Shown here: in pieces, positions 28,301 through 40,300 of the stretch | Position numbering within the stretch: position 1 is the first letter of the stretch | Layout: each line of letters starts with the position of its first letter | DNA from: Antedon mediterranea | Taxonomy: Eukaryota > Animalia > Echinodermata | Assembly (NCBI RefSeq): GCF_964355755.1 | Contig: NC_092672.1 | Coordinates: 38,136,437 to 38,200,436, forward strand | Length of the DNA: 64,000 nucleotides | Reading direction: 5' to 3' | Program-made: the position numbers and the translations under genes | The notes under the pieces: model-generated | Databases searched by the model: none | Told to the model about the DNA's origin: nothing | The model's input: only the letters and a program-made list of their open reading frames with translations

Positions 28301-31300
28301 AAATAATGCCAAAAAATCTCACAAAAATAGAAACTTTGATGATTTAATCTTCTTTTAAAAACCTATACGTTTTAACTTTTAGTATATGTAGGCCCTATTA
28401 GAACAAATACTACAAGCAAGCAACTCTGTGATGATGGTTTAATACAAATATGTGTATAATCAATATTAACCCAGGCACAATCTTTTTTTTCCATCATTCA
28501 AACTTTAAACAAATGAGAACAATTCAATAATTTCAGAACCCGAGTGTCCATCAAATTCCACATACAACACTTGTGGTTGTCAGACCTTCTGCCCATCAGA
28601 GGCGACGTCATCAAACTGTACTCAAGACTCTTGTGAAGTTGGTGTGTGCGTATGTGATAAAGGATTCGCTTTGATTAATGGTACCTGCCAAACACTGGAT
28701 AGCTGTACATGTTTCGAAAATGGACAAGTATATAGTGTAAGATTTTGTATCATTATTTGTTCAAGAAGAATTTTAACCAAGACAAATTTTAACTCCTTAG
28801 AAAATGTTGATTTTCAGATTTTAAATTTAGAAACCCTGGTTTACATTAATGGTGTAATCTGAACACGTATAACAGACCTGTTTTGTAACAGTTTATTATT
28901 TTAATGTTTTGAATTGAATCCCGCTTAATTGACGCATGTTTATTGAGTGACAATGCAGTTCCATTGTAAACATGTTTGTTATAATATAACGAGTATTTTC
29001 TAGAAAACAAACAAAATTGTTACACACACACTCTATTTTATAACTTTATTTTATTATTTTGCGCCACAACGTAAAATACCACAGTTTTCAATCAAATCAA
29101 ATCAAATCAAATCTTTATTCGTTCCATATAAAATAAATCAATGAGTATTGATGTACGTTTTCGCAGAAACGAGGTCGATTATTTTAGCTTGTCTTGTATT
29201 ATAAAGCAGATTACATTTTTATGTTCTTTATTTGTTAATTTATATAAAGTTATGTTTATTTTCTATTGACCAAAGATTCCGAAATAAAAGATTTAATTGA
29301 ATAATAGGTTGGTGGCTATAACCTTACAATTATTTGAAATTCATGCGTCTCTCCCGTAGCAGAAAGCAAGAACACGTTCTTGTTGTATGTGCCGTCCACG
29401 TCTGTGTGCAATCCAGCTCAGATTAAGCTTGGTTCCCACTAGGACGCTACGCAGGCACGTAAGCCGCAACACAGGCGAATTGGTCAATCAACAGCGATTG
29501 ATTATTCGAACGTTGCGTCCTAGTGTGAACAAGACACAGGTTATTCCCCTACATTTACATTTAATTTTTACATTTGTTGAGTTTGTGCTTTGAAACTACT
29601 CTAGGATTTATTCGTATTCATATTCTGAAAAAATAAATGTTTCCTTTAATTTTTCAACAAAATTCTCGGTTTAATGATTTTCATTATACTGTTGAGAAAT
29701 GTTTTTGGATAATGAGAGTACGGGTATGGAGAAACAAGTAATTATTTCCCCATGGTAAGAGTATTAGTATTTTCTGTCTACAAAACTAAGCCATTTTGTT
29801 TTAAAGCATTAAGTCTGTCCTTCTATCTCTGATAATATAAAACTATACGGTACACTGAAAGCAATCTGTTTAATCATTTTAAAAGACTGACCAAGCTTGA
29901 ATACAACAACACAATAGCCAAGGTTTGGGAATTAGATTCTCCCTGTATGATAAACAAAAGCTAATTTGTTATAGTGGTCGTGGTTTATCTTGATTCCTTC
30001 ATCCTATTCTTGTCTATTCATTTTATTGAAAATAAGAGTAGTACATTATACTTTCATTATATAGATGAATAGATGAGTTTTTGTAATTGATATAATCCTA
30101 ACATCCGATATACTGGAATATTATTTGTCAATACTGGAAGTAATAACACCAGAATATGATTACTTTAACAGACGTGTGTACTTTTGATAACACCACATAC
30201 GAATTAGCGTTTTTTAAAAATTATATGAGATAAAAATAATAATATGTTATATTGTGACGCAATAATTGTTGAATCGTTTGTTGTTGATTTATTTACCATC
30301 ATCGATGATCCAATAAGCACCGCATCCTAATAAGTGCCGCATCCTAAAGCAAGGCGGCTGATAACCAAACGCGATGCGGTGTTGTCCATTTGTTGGTCAT
30401 AGGTTAACGGCGCTGTATAAAAAATAGGATCAATAATATGTATCTCCATGAAGTAATTATTATTCCATGCTGTCTCCGACAGACAATTGCTATTAATATA
30501 ACTTGGGTGTTTTTGTTATTCTGCAGCATGATACGAATTACCTGACAGAGGACTGTTCAAGCAACTGTACTTGTATCAACGGCGAGAGTGTCTGCGTGAA
30601 GTACATGTGCCACGGAAATGCAGAATGTGAACGTGATGATAAAAACCAACCTGTATGCGTCTGCGATCCTGGATACGAAGGAGACGGCGTAGATTGTAAA
30701 CAGACATGTAAGTGTTCATTTCATTACCAAATGGAATACAAATAGCATTTAGACTAATACCTTTAGCTTTTGTCGGATGGGATGAAATGTTTCGTCCGCT
30801 ACATGCATAATTATATAGCATAATTATATAGCATAATTATATAGCATAATTATATAGCCTAAAGCCTGGTTTCCACTAGGAAAAGAAAGGACGTAGCGCA
30901 TCGACATTGAGAGTTCGGATAATCTATCACTTATGATACTTGCGTTGCGTTTACGTCATTGCGTTGCGTCTGTGTGAACCAAACTTTATCTATAATATCT
31001 AGTTTTACACTGTAATGCATTTCTTCCAATTGTATATGGTGGAAAGTAAATAGGCTGAGCCAATATTCAACTCCAATTTACCACCAATAGTTTTTCCCAG
31101 GGTTTTTAAATAGCAAACCTTTATTACCGAAAATCTATAGATTCATTGGACCATCATCGACTATTGAAAGGTGAAATACTTGACAGTAATACATGAATGC
31201 CCAATACATAAACCCCTATGGCGATAAAACTTGCTTCTTTTTTAAGGGGCCTACCACTCCTCTTTTAAAGATCAAATTTGACATAATTTTGATCTACTAT

Positions 31301-34300
31301 TTTTCAATTGTGATTGCTTTTGCCAAATTCTATCAACATGAAAATCAGCAAATGAAAAAAAAATTACAGTAAATTCAAATATTATACTTAAACCTAACTA
31401 ACTTTAACAAATCGTTTGACTTTAGTGGTACTTGCTCTTATGTATAGACAAATATATTACATTTTCATGTTTATTTGTTTCTTTTTCTTCGGTATCGATA
31501 GTTACTTTCTCCGAATCTTGTACTGTATGGGGAGACCCGCACTACCTGACGCCCGATGGCGTACAGTACGATTTCCAAGGTGCGTGTACGTACACGTTGA
31601 TGCAATCATACCTTGAGGGCGAAGATGGTCTTAAAAACTTCCATGTGTATGGAGATAACTACAAACAGGACCAACTTGACGAGTGGACGTATATCAAGGA
31701 TATCTACCTAGAATATGATGGAATGGTAAGTAAGGTTAATGTAGAATAGAATGTGGGGTTTAAGCTTGCTTCCCAACGCAATGGCGTAAGTGCAAAGTAA
31801 GTAATCATAAGCGATGGATTATTCAATCCGCCGCTTGTCATTGGTCAACTTGATTGCGTTACGCTTACCTCATTGAGTTTCGTCTTTTAGAGGGAACCAA
31901 ACTTTCCGAAACGTGTTCACCATCTACTGCGGTATTCCCGGGCATTATTTAATTACATCCTCACCTTCTCTTTTCCCTATTTTTTTTTATTAGTATCAGA
32001 CGTAATTATTTAAAAATAATTATTCATAAGATGAGTGGTGTTATTAACTCGTGATCGTGTTATCTTTTCAAAATTGCAAAATTTTTATCAAAATAGTGAT
32101 TTATTCTCTTCACAATAACAGCGTCGTTTCCGCATACCAATTTACGTTTTTAAATTGATTCAAAAGATTTGATTTTCTAAAGGTTTTTATTCCAAATATT
32201 CTTTACCAATTATATTGAGCATTCAAGCAAAACGTTTTAGGTTTTGTCCAAACCCGACAAAGTAAAACTACGCCACAGGCGCATTCCGAAAGTCATATTA
32301 GACACAAAGCACTATACAATATTTACCTCGAAAGGGCATACCACATGGCACCTACTTTCAAAAGAAATATGTTTATTGCAGCCTTCACTCAAACCCACTT
32401 GAACATGTTAATTATCAGTTTTGAAACGGGTAGAATAGTTTGTTCACAAACAGGCCATAGAAGCCGTGCCATAGAAGTCTTGCCGAGGAAGTCATGCTTT
32501 GGAAGTAATACGGCAATGGACACATTTATACTAAATATAAATTATATATAAATTACCAACAAATGAAGAGAAAAAAACCCACAAAATATCAATTACTTTA
32601 ATCAGTATTTTTGGTGTCTTCACAAACGAAGATATGGAACAAAATATCTGCTCATGCGTTATGCTATGCATTAACTTTTTAAAGAAAATTCTCTGTGACC
32701 AAAATTTTAAACCAAGTCCGTTTGTACTGTATGTTCGAGTCTCACAATTTCGTATATGATTTGTGTTACTAGGATAAAATGAAAAACAAAATATTATGAT
32801 GAAAAAAAAATCATAATACAGTGTATTATCAAATTTCATCTAGCCATGCATTTATAGAATGTGGAGCTGATAAAAAATATAACGTATTTTTCCGTCTATC
32901 ATGATTTCTTTATTTGCATAACTCAGGTTGTTCTGCTGCAACTAGGAGGGGATGTCTACATCAATGGCATCGCAGTCAACTTGCCTGTCCTAGAGGGCGA
33001 CCTTTATATCTCAACCAATGGGTATTACACGGTGAGTTGTCATGACAACAAATAATAAGGAAAGAAACAAAAACTTTTTTTGTAATTTTCATAGTTTGTG
33101 ACAACCAGGAAACTAATCTTTTATTTAACCTCAAAAGTGCATTTCGATAATTGAATGCAAATATGTACGTAAGATTACATAAAAAAAAGAAAATTATTTA
33201 TTTTTTTTAAATATAGTACAGTATAATACAAATTAATAAAATACATTTTGAATTAATAACATCAATATAACCTGGCTTTTGTAAATTAAACAAGCCTATT
33301 TTAAAAACACGTTTTTTTATGAACTCAAAGTACAAAGTACGGTAAGTTCTCACTACAAAACTGTATACTGCTAATCATTTAAATTTAATTGAAAAGTGGC
33401 ATAAACATTAAAATGAATTATTTTCTTTTCAGTTTTTGTCAACCCGATTTGGTTTAAGAATCGCTGTTTCTGGTGGGCAGGCTGCACAGCTTCAGATTTC
33501 ATCTCTTTACTTTAACAAAGTACGCGGATTATGCGGCAATGTGGACAACAATAACACAAACGACTTCCAAACACCAGCAGGTTTATTGGTAAGGCAAATA
33601 GTACAACTTAAATATGCTTCAGTTGTTTAAACTGAATACTTAATTAGATTGAATACTGAAGTCGATGTATGTACTGTATGGTTTAACTGACAATATATAT
33701 ATATATATTTCCTCTGATGTATTACTCTTCTGGGTGGGCTTCCACATCACAGGCCTGCCTTTCGTGGAGTGCCATCTTTCTTCCACATCACAGGCCTGCC
33801 TTTCGTGGAGTGCCATCTTTCTTCCACATCACAGGCCTGCCTTTCGTGGAGTGCCATCTTTCTTTTTACATTTTGTTGTATTATAACTTAAGGTTTATTT
33901 GTTGCTTCTAATGAATATAAAAAAAGAAAACAGAAGAAAAGAATGAATATAGAGAAATAATTTTATGAAAATTAAAATAAAAGAGTAATGATATTTATAT
34001 ATATATATATATATATTCATCGAAATGAATTCAATTCAATACTACCTACCTTATTTAAGCACCTTATTAATTTATATTATTGTAATAGTTTAGGAAATAA
34101 AGAAAATTAAATATTTACGTTGAACTTGAACAATATTCTTATATATAAATATATTCTCTATTCAGGCACCAAATGCAACAGTTTTTGGTGATAGTTGGAT
34201 GGTAGGGTCAACTTGCTCCATTGAAACCCCTATCTACGACACTTGTGAAACAGTGGAACTCCAAAACCAAGCAATTGATGTTTGCTCAAAATATCTTAAC

Positions 34301-37300
34301 AACACAGGTAATTTGTGTTCATGCTGTTATGTAATAATAAGAATAGATTTCAGTGAAAGTTCATACATATCAAATATATCATATAAATCAAATTAAGGTG
34401 TTGAATTTACTGTTAAGCGTGTTTAAACCATTGAATCTAATAAGTATAGATGTTATCCTTAAGTTTTAAATAGAATGAATGAATGAATACAACATTGAAG
34501 GCAACTTTAGCGATGCCGTTTAGGTTGCGTTTCAAGTATCTTGTGAAGTGTATAGCGCCACCAAACGGCGAATGTTCTCCAAACTTTTAAATGAACGAAA
34601 TGTCCCGGATGATTAGTACATTATTATGTAGGTTATAATGTATTATTATTTTAATCCAGACGTTTTTGGAGGTTGTCATCAAAATGTATCATTAGATATG
34701 TTCTACACTGCCTGTATACTTGACGCATGCGCAACAGATATTAACATTGATGTTCTCTGTGACACAATCCAACTATACGCTATGCAGTGTAGCATCAGAA
34801 CATGGCGTGAAGATCTTGATGTTTGTGGTAAGACTAATAGTTTATCAATTGCACATTAATTATAAATACTGTCATGTTCTCTGACGTATGGCTTCTTTAT
34901 GCGCGTCTACATGCGTTATAATACGTACACTACGCGTTGAAATAGTGTGTGTAACGCAGCTCTATATACAATATCAAACTAGTTTGAAAAAAAAAAGTGT
35001 GATTTGCCCAAACATCAAATTTTGTTGTCACATAAAGTTTGATACTGTAGACAGAGCTTTATACAGGATATTGAATGGATTTTTTAGTTTCATTTATTTG
35101 GTGAATGAGTTATTAACCTACGCGATAGTACAATAATTGCTGTGAGGGAGTTATTATATTCTCGGGTCACACTCTTAACCTACGCGATAGTACAATGATT
35201 GCTGTGAGGGAGTTATTATATTCTCGTGTCACACTCTTAACCTACGCGATAGTACAATGATTGCTGTGAGGGAGTTATTATATTCTCGTTTCACACTCTT
35301 AACCTACGCGATAGTACAATGATTGCTGTGAGGGAGTTATTATATTCTCGTGTCACACTATTAACCTACGCGATAGTACAATGATTGCTGTGAGGGAGTT
35401 ATTATATTCTCGTGTCACACTCTTAACCTACGCGATAGTACAATGATTGCTGTGAGGGAGTTATTATATTCTCGTGTCACACTCTTAACCTACGCGATAG
35501 TACAATGATTGCTGTGAGGGAGTTATTATATTCTCGTGTCACACTCTTAACCTACGCGATAGTACAATGATTGCTGTGAGGGAGTTATTATATTCTCGTG
35601 TCACACTCTTAACCTACGCGATAGTACAATGATTGCTGTGAGGGAGTTATTATATTCTCGTGTCACACTCTTAACCTACGCGATAGTACAATGATTGCTG
35701 TGAGGGAGTTATTATATTCTCGTGTCACACTCTTAACCTACGCGATAGTACAATGATTGCTGTGAGGGAGTTATTATATTCTCGTGTCACACTCTTAACC
35801 TACGCGATAGTACAATGATTGCTGTGAGGGAGTTATTATATTCTCGTGTCACACTCTTAACCTACGCGATAGTACAATGATTGCTGTGAGGGAGTTATTA
35901 TATTCTCGTGTCACACTCTTAACCTACGCGATAGTACAATGATTGCTGTGAGGGAGTTATTATATTCTCGTGTCACACTCTTAACCTACGCGATAGTACA
36001 ATGATTGCTGTGAGGGAGTTATTATATTCTCGTGTCACACTCTTAACCTACGCGATAGTACAATGATTGCTGTGAGGGAGTTATTATATTCTCGTGTCAC
36101 ACTCTTAACCTACGCGATAGTACAATGATTGCTGTGAGGGAGTTATTATATTCTCGTGTCACACTCTTAACCTACGCGATAGTACAATGATTGCTGTGAG
36201 GGAGTTATTATATTCTCGTGTCACACTCTTAACCTACGCGATAGTACAATGATTGCTGTGAGGGAGTTATTATATTCTCGTGTCACACTCTTAACCTACG
36301 CGATAGTACAATGATTGCTGTGAGGGAGTTATTATATTCTCGTGTCACACTCTTAACCTACGCGATAGTACAATGATTGCTGTGAGGGAGTTATTATATT
36401 CTCGTGTCACACTCTTAACCTACGCGATAGTACAATGATTGCTGTGAGGGAGTTATTATATTCTCGTGTCACACTATTAACCTACGCGATAGTACAATGA
36501 TTGCTGTGAGGGAGTTATTATATTCTCGTGTCACACTCTTAACCTACGCGATAGTACAATGATTGCTGTGAGGGAGTTATTATATTCTCGTGTCACACTA
36601 TTAACCTACGCGATAGTACAATGATTGCTGTGAGGGAGTTATTATATTCTCGTGTCACACTATTAACCTACGCGATAGTACAATGATTGCTGTGAGGGAG
36701 TTATTATATTCTCGTGTCACACTCTTAACCTACGCGATAGTACAATGATTGCTGTGAGGGAGTTATTATATTCTCGTGTCACACTATTAACCTACGTGAT
36801 AGTACAATGATTGCTGTGAGGGAGTTATTATATTCTCGTGTCACACTCTTAACCTACGCGATAGTACAATGATTGCTGTGAGGGAGTTATTATATTCTCG
36901 TGTCACACTATTAACCTACGCGATAGTACAATGATTGCTGTGAGGGAGTTATTATATTCTCGTGTCACACTATTAACCTACGCGATAGTACAATGATTGC
37001 TGTGAGGGAGTTATTATATTCTCGTGTCACACTCTTAACCTACGCGATAGTACAATGATTGCTGTGAGGGAGTTATTATATTCTCGTGTCACACTATTAA
37101 CCTACGCGATAGTACAATGATTGCTGTGAGGGAGTTATTATATTCTCGTGTCACACTCTTAACCTACGCGATAGTACAATGATTGCTGTGAGGGAGTTAT
37201 TATATTCTCGTGTCACACTATTAACCTACGCGATAGTACAATGATTGCTGTGAGGGAGTTATTATATTCTTGTGTCACACTATTAACCTACGCGATAGTA

Positions 37301-40300
37301 CAATGATTGCTGTGAGGGAGTTATTATATTCTCGTGTCACACTCTTAACCTACGCGATAGTACAATGATTGCTGTGAGGGAGTTATTATATTCTCGTGTC
37401 ACACTCTTAACCTACGCGATAGTACAATGATTGCTGTGAGGGAGTTATTATCTTCTCGTGTCACACTCTTAACCTACGCAATAGTACAATGATTGCTGTG
37501 AGGGGGTTATTATATTCTCGTGTCACACTCTTAACCTACGCGATAGTACAATGATTGCTGTGAGGGAGTTATTATATTCTCGTGTCACACTCTTAACCTA
37601 CGCGATAGTACAATGATTGCTGTGAGGGAGTTATTATATTCTCGTGTCACACTCTTAACCTACGCGATAGTACAATGATTGCTGTGAGGGAGTTATTATA
37701 TTCTCGTGTCACACTCTTAACCTACGCGATAGTACAATGATTGCTGTGAGGGAGTTATTATCTTCTCGTGTCACACTCTTAACCTACGCGATAGTACAAT
37801 GATTGCTGTGAGGGAGTTATTATATTCTCGTGTCACACTCTTAACCTACGCGATAGTACAATGATTGCTGTGAGGGAGTTATTATATTCTCGTGTCACAC
37901 TCTTAACCTACGCGATAGTACAATGATTGCTGTGAGGGAGTTATTATATTCTCGTGTCACACTCTTAACCTACGCGATAGTACAATGATTGCTGTGAGGG
38001 AGTTATTATATTCTCGTGTCACACTCTTAACCTACGCGATAGTACAATGATTGCTGTGAGGGAGTTATTATATTCTCGTGTCACACTAATAACCTACGCG
38101 ATAGTACAATGATTGCTGTGAGGGAGTTATTATATTCTCGTGTCACACTCTTAACCTACGCGATAGTACAATAATTGCTGTGAGGGAGTTATTATATTCT
38201 CGTGTCACACTATTAACCTACGCGATAGTACAATGATTGCTGTGAGGGAGTTATTATATTCTCGTGTCACACTCTTAACCTACGCGATAGTACAATAATT
38301 GCTGTGAGGGAGTTATTATATTCTCGTGTCACACTATTAACCTACGCGATAGTACAATGATTGCTGTGAGGGAGTTATTATATTCTCGTGTCACACTCTT
38401 AACCTACGCGATAGTACAATGATTGCTGTGAGGGAGTTATTATATTCTCGTGTCACACTCTTAACCTACGCGATAGTACAATGATTGCTGTGAGGGAGTT
38501 ATTATATTCTCGTGTCACACTCTTAACCTACGCGATAGTACAATGATTGCTGTGAGGGAGTTATTATCTTCTCGGGTCACACTCTTAACCTACGCGATAG
38601 TACAATGATTGCTGTGAGGGAGTTATTATCTTCTCGGGTCACACTCTTAACCTACGCGATAGTACAATGATTGCTGTGAGGGAGTTATTATCTTCTCGGG
38701 TCACACTCTTAACCTACGCGATAGTACAATGATTGCTGTGAGGGAGTTATTATCTTCTCGGGTCACACTCTTAACCTACGCGATAGTACAATGATTGCTG
38801 TGAGGGAGTTATTATATTCTCGTGTCACACTCTTAACCTACGCGATAGTACAATGATTGCTGTGAGGGAGTTATTATATTCTCGTGTCACACTCTTAACC
38901 TACGCGATAGTACAATGATTGCTGTGAGGGAGTTATTATATTCTCGTGTCACACTCTTAACCTACGCGATAGTACAATGATTGCTGTGAGGGAGTTATTA
39001 TATTCTCGTGTCACACTCTTAACCTACGCGATAGTACAATGATTGCTGTGAGGGAGTTATTATATTCTCGTGTCACACTCTTAACCTACGCGATAGTACA
39101 ATGATTGCTGTGAGGGAGTTATTATATTCTCGTGTCACACTCTTAACCTACGCGATAGTACAATGATTGCTGTGAGGGAGTTATTATATTCTCGTGTCAC
39201 ACTCTTAACCTACGCGATAGTACAATGATTGCTGTGAGGGAGTTATTATATTCTCGTGTCACACTCTTAACCTACGCGATAGTACAATAATTGCTGTGAG
39301 GGAGTTATTATATTCTCGTGTCACACTCTTAACCTACGCGATAGTACAATGATTGCTGTGAGGGAGTTATTATATTCTCGTGTCACACTCTTAACCTACG
39401 CGATAGTACAATGATTGCTGTGAGGGAGTTATTATATTCTCGGGTCACACTCTTAACCTACGCGATAGTACAATGATTGCTGTGAGGGAGTTATTATATT
39501 CTCGTGTCACACTCTTAACCTACGCGATAGTACAATGATTGCTGTGAGGGAGTTATTATATTCTCGTGTCACACTCTTAACCTACGCGATAGTACAATGA
39601 TTGCTGTGAGGGAGTTATTATATTCTCGTGTCACACTCTTAACCTACGCGATAGTACAATAATTGCTGCTTCGCTACAACACCTACAGTATTTCTAATTA
39701 AATATTTATTTCCAGTTTATTCTGCTTTACGCTTTATTTTTTAATTATGCATTAACCAAGACGAAACACACTTGTTTTTTCAATAAAATCCTAGCATATA
39801 AATATTTATCGAATACAAGTTGTAAAATCTTTATAAAAGTATTGCTAATGCAATAAAATAGACGTTTACTTCTTTCATATTAAATATTTATAAATAATGA
39901 AATGTTCACAAGATCCTACCACATTTGTTTGATTTATTACAAATATAATGTACAAATATGAACGTACAACTATTAGTATTACTATTTGACTGACTTTATG
40001 TTCTCTAAATACAACATTATTATTCATAGTTTTGAACTGTACCACCAATGCGCATTTCGAAACGTGCGCATCTACGTGTCAGCCATCTTGTGCGAATTTC
40101 AGTAGTGGTGAATGTGACGATTTTCCAACTGAAGACTGTGCAGAAGGGTGCGTTTGTGATGACGGTTTTGTAACTCAGAATGGCGCATGCGTATTGTCGT
40201 CTGAATGCGGTTGCACATGGAATGATCGATACTATAAGGTATGCTTGTGATTTTGTTTTAGAAAATAAAACCATGGATAATCCATGTTGTAACATTCAAT

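Noticed and set aside
25700-28500. Hidden gene or retroelement ORF in the long intron
   Set aside because: No ORF of useful length and no recognisable motif by eye; may be decayed repeat DNA.
35113-39668. CRISPR-like regular array
   Set aside because: Units are contiguous and identical with no unique spacers, there are no cas genes and the context is eukaryotic; it is a minisatellite.
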